The position numbers and the translations under genes were made by a program. The notes beneath the pieces are model-generated. The model was not told the origin of the DNA. It did not search any database and worked only from the letters and a program-made list of their open reading frames with translations. A DNA stretch of 64,000 bases from Trichosphaerium sp. ATCC 40318 (lineage: Eukaryota; Protista; Tubulinea): the NCBI GenBank assembly GCA_038496445.1, contig JALMLS010000589.1, positions 62,001-126,000 of the forward strand, given 5' to 3'. Below are positions 42,138 to 53,900 of the stretch, piece after piece; positions within the stretch are counted from its first letter, which is position 1, and every line of letters starts with the position of its first letter.

Positions 42138-42738
42138 TTAACAATACAAAATGAAAAAAAGATGGAAAAAAAAAAATAGGATTGACTAATTCGCTTCTGT
42201 TGTTCCTGTTAGGAGCCGCTTGTTGACTTATTTGGTCAATGACTTCACCAATTTTATCCACTTTTATTTGTGATAGCCGAGTTGATTTTTGTGCTCTCCA
42301 TCTTTGAGTTTTTTCAGCATTGCATCCTACCTCTATAAGCTACTTTACTAGTTCACAAAGCATTTTGGGATTCGTTCCAGCTGTACTGAAGAAAAGTACT
42401 GACAGTCAGAGCTATTTTTTTCAAACAATGTCAAAAGCAGTTTTTGGGGAGACTTCTTTTTCTTTAATTTAGCTAAATTGAGTCAAAATGGCCTTGCTGT
42501 TAAGTCAGATTTACTTGATCTACTCCAAAATCTCACAATAGGTTATGATCCTCTCTAAAACGTACAGGTGGCGAGCTGGAAGGCGTACCACTCAGTGTAC
42601 CAATAGAAAGCAGAAATCTTTTGTAATTACACGTACAAACGCTACAGCAAACATTCAACGTGGTAATAGCCTTATTCTACCGTTTTTGGCACGTAAACTA
42701 TTAACCGACACGAATAAGCGTTTTGATATACTCTACAG

Positions 42739-44929
42739 GCTTTTGGGGTTATTGGCATGTACCTAGAAGACAAATTCAGCTTGTTGGCACTCTTTAACAG
42801 ACTGTACTTTCTTAACGACTTTGAAAGCGAACTTAAACAACTCCTTGGTGACAGGTTCGATCTCTTGTGTTTTATTATCACGTGATAAATTATAAATAAT
42901 TTTATTTAGATGTGACACTTCTATTGCATGTAGAGAGAGTGTAAGACCTATTGGAAAGTGAGCAACACAAGGGTGAGGATAATTCTGCTTTTTCTAATTG
43001 TGGGTTTTTTTTTGTAGTTTTGATACTTCTTTCGTTCAAGCAGTCTTGTTCCCTGAGACTGTAGAAGAAATACAAAAGATAGTGACACTTTGTAACATTC
43101 ATCAGAAGCCTATAATACCTTGTGGATCATGTACATCTATAAGTGGACAGCTCACAGTTCAAAGCCCAGGTTGACAGGAAAAAAGCCTTGTCGAAGTTAA
43201 CAAGATATACTTAGCTGTAGCCTTATCAACAAAGCGAATGGCAAAGATACTAAGGTTTTCTGAAGATGATATGGACGTTACTGTACAACCAGGAGTACGA
43301 CACTTTCCCAGAAAGAACTACAGCTCATATTCTACAAAGGTAAGTTATGAGGATCTGAACGAATTTCTGGAACCGTTTGGTTTGTTCTTCCCATTAGACC
43401 CTGGTCCAGGTGCATCCATTGGTGGCATGGTAAGTTTCAAAACTCGGTTACAGTTATGTGATTAAACCTCTTAATAGGTAAGTACAAGTTGTAGTGGCCC
43501 TAATGCTGTCCGTTATGGAACAATGAAAGAAAATGTTTTAAGTTTGAAAGGTGAGCAAGTCTTCTGACTTGAGTATTCTAAGCAGTGTTAGTCGTTACTC
43601 CTGAAGGACAAACTATATCTACAGGGAAACGTAGTAGGAAAAAGAGCGCAGGGTATAACTTAACAACGTTGTATATTGGCGCCGAAGGCACTTTGGGCGT
43701 AGTAACAGGCATGTCAACTTATGAACTCTAAAATCGTTTCTTAATCACAGCCTCATTGTTCAACTGACGTCTTTAAGAAATAACTCTGAGATTACATCCT
43801 ATTCCTAAATCAAGGTCACTAGTTGTATCTACATATGATACAGTAGGTATGCAATCCCTTGCTTGTTACTACAACCCATCCAGTTCTCCTTAAAAGTTGT
43901 TTACTTGGTTTAGATCAGATAGCAAAGGTAGTTTCTACTTGCTTAAAATCTGGTATAAGTGTTGGACGTGCTGAGATTATAGATGCTGTACAAGTAAAGG
44001 CAATCAATATACATAATGGCTCAGATATGCCAGAAAAAAACACGTTATTTGTTGAATTATCAGGAGCAACAGGTTCGTTTGCCTGTAGTCTTACTAAACC
44101 AGATTCTCATGTAATATAATCTATAGACCAAGTATTATCAGACGCCAAGGCTGTTAAGGCCATTGCATCTAATATTAAGGCAACAACAATCAAGCAAGTT
44201 GATGACGATGAGGTTGCTGAATTTTAAGCAAACACATTACAACTAACGTCTTCCAACTGATAGACAATGCAAGAGTTGTGGACACTTAGAAAAAGCGCTT
44301 ATTGGTCTTGTTTTGCCTTAAAAGAAGGCGCCCAGAGTATTGTTACAGGTACCACAATTCAAAAACTAGAAAAACTTGTTGAAGTTAGTTTTGGTCTTAC
44401 TGTCAATTATTAGATGTTTGTGTTCCAATATCGTCCCTTGGTACAGTTCTAGAAAGTGTTGATAAAGATATTAAAAAGGCGGGATTACTTGCACCTATGG
44501 GTATACTAGTCTTTCAGCAAACAAACCAATTACTTACCGTATGAGTAGTTGGACATGTTGGTGACGGGAACTTCCATCTTGTAATCTTGCATGGTGAAGA
44601 AGATGCGCATTTAGCAAAAGATATAGAGCATAACCTAAGTACTACAAACTCAGTCTCTCAAATCTTTTCTGGAGCAAGAAATAAGCTCAACTCAAACACT
44701 TTCAATGAAACTGGGGTTTTTTTTGACTTTTGTTTTAGTGAAACGTGTATTGGAACTTGAAGGCACGTGTTCAGGTGAACACGGTATAGGTATAGAAAAG
44801 AAGAAATGGCTTGAAGAAGAACTTGGGTTAGAGTCAGTTGATATTATGAGAAAAATCAAGAAAGCTATTGACCCTAATGGTATATTTAACCCGGGTAAAG
44901 TTTTCGACATGTCATCTCCAAAAAAGTAA
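42739..44929 (+). CDS. LDHD: FAD-linked D-lactate dehydrogenase; 5' end uncertain, may extend to about 42430
   Basis: FFPLDPGPGASIGGM, NAVRYGTMKENVL, SAGYNLT, EGTLGVVTE, TDVCVP, GHVGDGNFH, GTCSGEHGIG, DPNGIFNPGK. Confidence 0.92.
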
Positions 44930-45099
44930 CAACAAGAAAAAAAAAAGTATATCAACAGAATACTCATTGCAGCTGAAATCTCGAATGTGACATTAACAAG
45001 TGATAATTTGTTGAATCCTGTGTACAAGTACCCTCACTATAAACTCAGCCTTAGACTTTCATGCCTTTGCCATAAAACCATGTACAAAAACGCTTTAAC

Positions 45100-45240
45100 T
45101 GACCACTAGATGGTCGTGTTCCGGCCTGGCTTATCCGGCTACCAAAATCTGTAGCCGGTTAACCTACAGCTAAGAAACTCAGCAGCCAAATCTGTAACCA
45201 ACAAACCGTTTGCACATGTTGTACCGTGGCACCACCATGC
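45100..45240. repeat. Second copy of the ccggcta/tagccgg dispersed repeat
   Basis: Similar to 14080-14225 in the same orientation. Confidence 0.55.
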
Positions 45241-45304
45241 TTTTGTTAAGTTTTTACATGCTATAAAATAAATGGCTTTGAAATTTGGTTCTGTCTGTTT
45301 GATA

Positions 45305-45423
45305 AGAGATGTTTAGATATCTGAGATATCTAGATATTTTACAGTATCTAGATATTTGTGAAATATCTAGTTTTGCGAAAAATATCTAGATTATCTAGAT
45401 ATTGTAGATATCTAAACATCTCT
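45305..45423. mobile_element. 119-bp MITE-like element with perfect 18-bp terminal inverted repeats
   Basis: agagatgtttagatatct (45305-45322) and agatatctaaacatctct (45406-45423), with internal (t)atctagat(a) motifs. Confidence 0.8.
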
Positions 45424-45947
45424 ATACACAGTATTAAGAAAATGCAAAAAAGGTTTGAGTTTCCCTTATTTTTCTTAGCCGATAGCCGTTCCATTTGGGC
45501 CAAAAACTTGAATGGCAAACCGGCGATTACTTTTTATCTTGTACGCAGTAACTTACATAAATAATATCCACATATATCTGTAAAGCGTTCGAGGGAGTAT
45601 AATCAAAATTTAAAGGGTAAAAGTTAACTTGTTTAAATTTTCAGTTACTCCTACAGCTAGCGATAAACGAAAACTGTGGGTTATGTAAGCCACTGAGGTG
45701 CGTGTGCTCAGGAGGTTGAAATGGCTATTCGAGGGCGAAGAAAAAGCAAAAAATAGTCACGTGCGATTCCAAATTATTTTCGCGCTATCTCAATGACCAA
45801 TAGAATGCGAGCGAGAGTGAAATATGTAACACATCTCCACGGAGTGTGATTCCTTGTAAACGGAGATCACTATCACACGGGAATAAATAAGATAACTGCT
45901 CCTCTTGCCGTACTCCCTGGATATAAACCATCACAAGACACAATATT

Positions 45948-47453
45948 ATGCGTTCCGCTTCAAAGGGTTGTAAAATCGACAATAATACTTGCGAGAGTTT
46001 GCTTCAGCTTCCTACAGAGATATTAGCACATATCTTGTGTCAAACAACCAAATCACGATTTGCAGCTTGTCAAACCTGTCGTTTTATTGCTTCTATCATT
46101 CATGATATTATTGGATACCACGCTATTAGACTTACAACGTTAACTCAATCAAAATCAGCCGTAAAACATCCTGGTATTGTGAAATGCACAAAAGTTGCCC
46201 TTAGCGGACACGTTTTTGATGACAATGTTATCAAACAATTTGCTGGTGTTCATACTATTTATCTTAATGATGACACTTCAGTAACTGATGAAGGCGTTAA
46301 AGCACTTGCTGGTGTCCATACTATTAATCTTGATGACACTTCAGTAACTGATGAAGGCGTCAAAGCACTTGCTGGTGTCCATACTATTAATCTTGAGGAC
46401 ACTTCAGTAACTGATGAAGGCGTTAAAGCACTTGCTGGCGTCCATACTATTAACCTTTGTAGCACTTCAGTAAATGATGAAGGAGTTAAAGCACTAGCTG
46501 GCGTCCATACTATTAACCTTAGTTACACTTCAGTAACTGATGAAGGCGTCAAAGCACTTGTTGGAGTTCATACTATTCACCTGGATAGCACTTCAGTAAC
46601 TGACGAAGGTGTCAAAGCACTTGTTGGAGTACATAGTATTTACCTTGGTGGCACTTCAGTAACTGATGTAGTAGTTAAAGCACTTGCTAGTGTCCATAAT
46701 ATTGACCTTAGTTACACTTCAGTAACTGATGAAGGAGTTAAAGCACTTGCTGGCGCCAATACTATTAACCTTAGTCGCACTTCAGTAACTGATGAAGGAG
46801 TTAAAGCGCTTGCTAGTGTCCATACTATTGACCTTAGTTACACTTCAGTAACTGATGAAGGAGTTAAAGCACTTACTGGCGCCCATACTATTAACCTTAG
46901 TTACACTTCAGCAACTGATGAAGGAGTCAAAGCACTTGTTGGAGTACATAGTATTGACCTTAGTTACACTTCAGTAACTGATGAAGGAGTTAAAGCACTT
47001 GCTGATGTACATACTATTAACCTTCGTTGCACTTCAGTAACAAATGAAGGCGTTAAAGCACTTGCTGGTGTACATACTATTGACCTTTGTCACACTTCAG
47101 CAACTGATGAAGGCGTTAAAGCACTTGCTGGCGTACATACTATTGACCTTTGTCTCACTTCAGTAACTGATGAAGGTGTTAAAGCACTTGCTGGCGTACA
47201 TACTATTAACCTTCGTTGCACTTCAGTAACAAATGAAGGCGTTAAAGCACTTGCTGGTGTTCATACTATTAATCTTGATCATACTTCAGTAACAAATGAA
47301 GGAGTCAAAGCACTTGCTGGAGTACATACTATTACCCTTAGTCACACTTCAGTAACTAACGAAGTTATTAAAACACTAAAAGGCGTCGAATATATTGAAT
47401 TGCATGGTTTTTTTTTTGTAAAGCAAAATAATAGCGTGGATGCAACAATCTAA
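45948..47453 (+). CDS. Intronless F-box/LRR protein with 18 x 21-aa repeats
   Basis: LLQLPTEILAHIL..ACQTCR F-box, followed by an LAGVHTIxLxxTSVTDEGVKA array. Confidence 0.9.
   Translation: MRSASKGCKIDNNTCESLLQLPTEILAHILCQTTKSRFAACQTCRFIASIIHDIIGYHAIRLTTLTQSKSAVKHPGIVKCTKVALSGHVFDDNVIKQFAGVHTIYLNDDTSVTDEGVKALAGVHTINLDDTSVTDEGVKALAGVHTINLEDTSVTDEGVKALAGVHTINLCSTSVNDEGVKALAGVHTINLSYTSVTDEGVKALVGVHTIHLDSTSVTDEGVKALVGVHSIYLGGTSVTDVVVKALASVHNIDLSYTSVTDEGVKALAGANTINLSRTSVTDEGVKALASVHTIDLSYTSVTDEGVKALTGAHTINLSYTSATDEGVKALVGVHSIDLSYTSVTDEGVKALADVHTINLRCTSVTNEGVKALAGVHTIDLCHTSATDEGVKALAGVHTIDLCLTSVTDEGVKALAGVHTINLRCTSVTNEGVKALAGVHTINLDHTSVTNEGVKALAGVHTITLSHTSVTNEVIKTLKGVEYIELHGFFFVKQNNSVDATI
46240..47375 (+). 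repeat. 63-nt coding tandem repeat (LRR units)
   Basis: Near-invariant cacttcagtaactgatgaagg..aaagcacttgctgg backbone. Confidence 0.95.
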
Positions 47454-47908
47454 AGGCACTCAGACCCTTTGTAGTACCAAGAAACAAGTAATAAACCATT
47501 ACTGAATTACTCACAAAAAGTGTAACTGCAATTAAATACCTATCTCTAGCAATAGAATTCAAAACTCGGAAGGTTATTTATCAATACAGAGTAGACAAGA
47601 TTCAATCTAAAATAGATCTGTAGTGATTTTCATTGAGAGATGGGAATGTGGAAAATCTAGCAGTTTTCTAGAAGTGTTTTTTTTCTCCCCAACCATAAAA
47701 TAGAGTCCTCAGCTGCCGGACACAGGCTATAACACCCCGGCTGCACAGACTACAGGTAAAGGTATAGGATCAATCTACAATAATTGATAGTTATCACAAA
47801 ATACAGAGCACACAGTACATGGTATTTTAATGATAAATGTAGTGTTTTTATTTTGATAAGTATCTAGTGTACAGGTTTTTTTTTTTGGGTTTTTTTTTTT
47901 GTTCAATT

Positions 47909-50900
47909 CTATTGTATATCTACGATATAAGGTGATTTATCTACAAGGCGGTTGTCTAATGTTATAGCAACATATATTTGCGATATATTTGATGTTTGGT
48001 AACTAAATGAAAGAACGTGTTAGGCAAGAAATAGTCAAAGGACTTTTTGCTTTGGTGGTTTTTTGTTTTTTGAAATGAAAAAGTTCGGCTTGAGCATTCG
48101 TTTTCTTCATTTTTATGACCCCATAGGTATACCTGCATACCTCAAATATATTGATTTGGAGTATACTAGTCGTTATTCATCCTTTTAACATCGAAAATAG
48201 CCGAGAAATGCTGTTTGCAAATAATATTGTTTCAATGAAAAAAATCAAGTGTTCAAAAGTTTGTTGATGTTTTGGTCTTACCTTATTGTATAATTACCAT
48301 CACGGTCATCTACAACATTAACATGTTTATTAAGTGATTTTGGAGACATTTTAACTGTCACTGTATCACCACCAAAAAGGCATGAAATGCCAACTTCATC
48401 ACAAGTTGTGACTGAAAAAGTTGAAAAATCATTAGGAGATGCAGAAACAACACCGTCACCTAAACAATGGTATTAGCAATATTACCCTCCAAAATAGTAT
48501 ACACGAATATTATTAATATAGATGAAGGGTATTTTAATATTAACAAACATAAGTAAGGTGTCTAAAGCCCAGGGAAAACATCATCCGCTCAGAAAAAAAA
48601 CAGAGAGATGATAAAAAAAACTTGCCTGATACAGTACTGTATTGAGCACAAGCCAATCCTACTAGCATATCAGCATCAGCTGATGTAATATCAACCTAAA
48701 CAAAGGAAATTAATAACCAGAAAAAAAATAACGTTTGTGTTGTTCTGTGTCACCTTAAAAACTGAACCAAGGATATCCCTTGCTTCGAAAAAATTACATA
48801 TTTTGTTTAGGACCATTGCATGGCATACAAGCTTTGCAAGCATTGGAGCTTCATGTTGTGTGTATACCTAGTATAGTAGTATTAATAAATAAAGTATTTG
48901 TTTGATCAAAAAACCTTGAGGGAGGTCCACGTACATGTTGAATGATGGTCGCCATCTTCGAAATATCTCTTATTTTATCCCTCAAGTTTGAAACAATTTT
49001 TGGCATTTGTCCAACTGGTAGACCGTATAATCGAACAGGTCCATTTGGTAGTGTATAAGTTATAGGTACAGCATGAGGCGTAATACCTTGTTATAAAAAA
49101 AGTTAATAAACACGAACAGAATACCAAGAAAAACTTCAAAAAAACGCATAAAATAAAAAGAAATAGATGAGTACCTATCAACTCAGCTTTACCAGAGATG
49201 GTCCCTTCAAGTATAGTATCACCATCTACTCTGTATCCCTAAGAATAGAAATATTACGATAAAGAACCACTATGATCTCCACAAAAACGTTTATTTTTCA
49301 ATCGAAAAAATAAGTGACAAAAAACAAAAAGTAAAAAACCCGTACTCTTATTGACACTGTCGGTGAATGAACAGCTCCAATATACTTCGAATTAAAAGCC
49401 CACTTTGTTGATAACGTCCCTGTAACTGTTCCAACTTGAGTTGGAAACCACCATAACCTTACATCAGCACTTTGAAAATGTAAACGCCTAAACTCTGGAC
49501 CATGTTTTCCAGGCTTCCATTTGCCACCTAAGTAAAAGGAAATCAGCAAATGAAATGACAAACAAGGGCTTTGAATCAACAAGTATTGAATCAAGAATAA
49601 AGTAAGCACCTGAAAGTTTCTGAAACAGTGCGTTCAAAGTCAACTTTTGAAGAACTTGTCTTGATAACTTAGCACCAATATATGGTGCTTGTGGGTATGC
49701 CATGTTATCTAATTTAACAGATATTCCAGCTGCAAGCTGCATATGACCACACATTACATAATTACCAACTCTTCTATTACCCTAAGTAGAAAACAGTCAA
49801 TAAGAGCGAATCAAACAAGAAAAAAACTACAAAATTAAAGAAAAAAAAACCAAGTTAGCACTATGCTATATAGCACTCTAACACATTGCTAAGCAATTAT
49901 AAAATTCTATGCTAAAACACTACATACAATAGACAATAGGTAAACAACATAGAGCGGTTGACTTAAGAGTAATGAAAAAGATCAAAAAAATTGTGATTGT
50001 TTTTACCTTTTTAACAATTTCTAGGTTCGTACTGACGCCTGTAACTTCAAACATACCTTAAAAACAAGTCAAAAAACAACATCAAGACAACTGAACTTAC
50101 CAGGTACAGGCTTCCAATAACTAGCACTTACGCCTACTGAAGCTCTGACTCTATCAAGAACAAAGTCACCATCTATTACTTTAAAGAGGAGTCTCAAAGA
50201 GGATCCTGGACTAGAGAAATTTATGTTTGGTGGAGGATCACCTACAAGAGAAATTTGTTAGTATGTATGCCTCCTAAGCATGCTCTTGTAGAACAAAATA
50301 TAACTTACTCATGTCGTCTGGTGTGAAGCCTGCCATTGATAGATGTTGCAACCCAACACTGTGACCATCTTCCAAGTTTGTTAAAATACCTTCATAATAG
50401 TCACCTCTATCAACTAGCTCAAGTTGAATATCTTCCGCTCCTGGCATGGATAAAATACCACCATACTTGGCGTGTATCTCAGTAAGACTTTCTAAAGGCA
50501 AAAAAAATGAGACAAAGCAAACTTTGCATCAAGAAACAACCAGTGACTTTGTTATCAAAGCTCAGGTCTTCTATTTGAACTGTTAAATTACCTGGGTCTT
50601 TAATGTCTATTTTTGCGAATAATCCAGATAGTTCTAGGAATTTACCATCCTTTAGTTCACCTTAGCAAAGTGTTAGTCAAATGGCAACAGAACGATATTC
50701 AAAACCAACAAAATTAAGAAAAACGTACATATTCTCCATACTTCATCTGGATCTACTTCTTTCTCAAGCTTCATTTGAGCTAGCTTGTATCCTGAGCCTT
50801 GGTTTTCAAATACCAAGAGGTTATTCGTAACAAGCTACAAGAGAAAATAAATGAAACGAATGAACATTCTGAGCGAGAAAAAAAACAAAGATGTTCGGAT

Positions 50901-53900
50901 CCTTATGGCTTTTTTACCTCATCTGCAAACCTCGCAAGTGAAGGTGGTAGAGAAGACGACTTTGGTGCATCCAAGAACGCTTTAGCTTTAGTGAACTGTT
51001 GTACGAGGTAATAAGGGGATAAAACCTATTTAAAAAATGAGAAAAAAACGAGAATAAAATGTTTTACTTCTTCTGAAACTGTCAAGACAACGTGTAAGTC
51101 GCCACTTGTTTGAACACGAACAATAGCCTCTGAAGTAACTTGTGAGTAATCTAAAGCACGAAGCCAAGCTTCACCAGATACTATCAACTCTATACCAAAT
51201 ATTAGTAAAATTAAAACTTACAATGTTGTCGTAGTAGCTCAATTAGTATACCTCTTATTGGACTCGCTCCTTTCAATCGCGTCATCTCACATTGTATTGA
51301 CATTTTAGTGAATAAGAGACTAAAGTTGATAAGCATTACTCAAAAACGCGACTCTAATGCCATACTTTTGGTTATGGAACTAAAAAAGGACGTACTTGTC
51401 CGATACTCCCCATAAATCGGATTCATCAGCAGGAAGACCAAAACTTAGTTTTTCCATACTATAAGGACATCCTCTACCACTGAATTCCATGAAAAAATTT
51501 GTTGGTGAACAGTGAGGGCTGACCTTTTTCAATGTTACAAACCAAGGCCTAAAAAAAACAACTGTATCGTACAGGGAAGGCGTGAACATCCGGTAAGTCA
51601 AGAGTTTTGCCTGTAAAGGCTCTAACCATATCTTGATAAGGTGAGCTTCCTTCATCATGAACACTATTTAGATAAGTCAATTATGAAGCAGGAAAGAAAG
51701 GTGCAATCAAAAAAAAACCCAATCAACAAAAACAGCAAGTACCTAATTGTAAAAAGCTCTCCTTCTTCAAGAATAGCCATAATATCAGCCAATGACTCTT
51801 CAACATCTGCCAATCCTTAACTCATATTTAGCTATCATATTTAGTACCATATATCGTTAATACCTTCACCACGACCAACAGTAACATCAACAAAAAGTTT
51901 GTTAAATCTACCTTGAGAAAATTCGCCAATAAAAATTTCTCCTCTTGCGCTTAGATCCACGTTGCACTTGTTTTGTGGATCGTTTATATTAAGAAGCATT
52001 TCAAGTCCGCGTATTTCAATAACAGGTGAGTTAACAATACGCCAATTAGAACAAAAAGTTCCAATACGAACAGTCTTAAGTTCATACTGTTCAGGTTGAT
52101 TTTTTTTAGAAGACTTCGTAACCCATCTAAGTATAAAAAGTAAGAATTTCGTTGAAAACAGCAAATATTGACGTACTTATCAGGTGCAACAACGATCTCC
52201 ATTGATGCTGTTCTTGAGTTTAATAGTGTGTCTATACCTGTAGGAAAGCCCGTAGGTAGACACTCTGTTGCTTCAGAGACAACACTATCGAGATCTCGTA
52301 TTTTTGTAAATCCGGGAATATTAAGTGCAGATTTTGGGTTCAAAAACTTTGAACCATCTGGCTTTACTTTTATAGCAAAGCTTGGATTCTTTTTGTTTGT
52401 TTTAAGGCAAGTGACCACGAGTTGAAGGTATTTATATTCATCATTATCAGAAAGATTCTTAATACCATAACCAGTAGCTTTGTCATTTCTGATTCTATCA
52501 TCATCCCATTTAACGCGTAATTTAACACCTAAGCAAAAGAAAAAAAATCATTAGAAATAACTTTCAAAAAATCACAACTAAAACTAGGTTATCTTCTTTT
52601 CAAAACCTTAGTTCTAGTACAATAAACATGTACAAAACTAAGGTATTTGAATAGAAGAGACTTTTAAAAAAATTGTCCTACTGTGTTTTGTACAGAGGTT
52701 CGTTTTCTCTTTCTTTCTTTTTTTTGTTTTTGTTTGCTTACCACAGTCTGTTACCGTAAACCCTTTGAATATCTCCCAATCAGGTACTTTTTTCTCAAAT
52801 ACAATTCTTCTTATCTCCCATGGCTCTCCTTCTTTATACTCAATCTTTTCAAAACGTGTATCAACGTCCATTTGCATTTGTGATAACTGGTTTGTATCTT
52901 TAACATGAAAAGTACTTGGGAATAGTCTATTAACATTATCAAAAGCTCTTTTACCACCAAACCCAGAATGTTCTTTAAAACTGAATTAAAACGATATATT
53001 CATAATAATTAGACTGTCGGACCTGTTATAGATGCAATCGTAAAGTCATCAGTTGGTTCAGACTCGATTTTTGCTTTAAAAAATATTAGTCTCTAAAAAA
53101 AGCAACACGTGAACTGTTGTGATTACGATTGTTACAAGAAATCCTTTTGAAAACATAATGTACCATCTAGAGAAGTGCTTCGGCCGCCTTGGATTACATT
53201 GAAGCGTAAAGACATAGGCGTTTGTCCAATCTACACAAAAATTAATTCGTTGATTCGATAATTGGTTTTTTAGCACTTACGGTCAATGATCCGGTTCCGT
53301 TTACAGTAATAACTGGTTCTTGAGATAACGGATCATTCACTTGGACAGTAATACCAACTGAATCAACATATAATCCATCACAAACTTCCCACAAGGTCTT
53401 TGCTTCTATAACACCTTTGTATTGTTGTAAATCAACTTTCCTGGTGTTTGCTGCAATAGTGAACTCTATAGACGCCTAAACAAACGTAAGCAATCATCAA
53501 CAGTATGTAACCAGTATAAGTACATTTGGTGATCTTAGAGTATCCGCTTTGAGTGGAAAACCATCAGGAAAGGCAAACTCGCGTATTTCTTTGACTAGGT
53601 TTATTTCTCCAAAAGAAGGTTCTTCTGCTATCTCATGAAGTGATACTTTCTTACTTAAGGGCTAAATCGAACAGTTATACCTTTTCAACACACATGTTCT
53701 CAAAATGGTGAGCGAAGCACGTGATTTTTATGCTCATAAAATATTGTTGTTCCAAAAAAAACACAAAGTTGTGAAAAAAAAAAAGTACTTGCCTTTACTT
53801 TCGCCAGAGTACTCCCATTTTCGCTCATTTCATTAATTACTTTAACTAAGAATCTCACACCTTCCGATGTCTGGACAAGACCCCATGTTACAGGATCAAT

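Noticed and set aside
42940-43040. Possible GA-AG intron in D-LDH (ATTG|gaaagt, giving RPIAVLFP)
   Set aside because: Fully canonical GT-AG alternatives also keep the frame; this cannot be decided without cDNA.
46240-47375. CRISPR-like or DGR-like repeat/variable pattern
   Set aside because: It is an in-frame coding LRR array. There are no cas or reverse transcriptase genes, and the variation is not adenine-specific.
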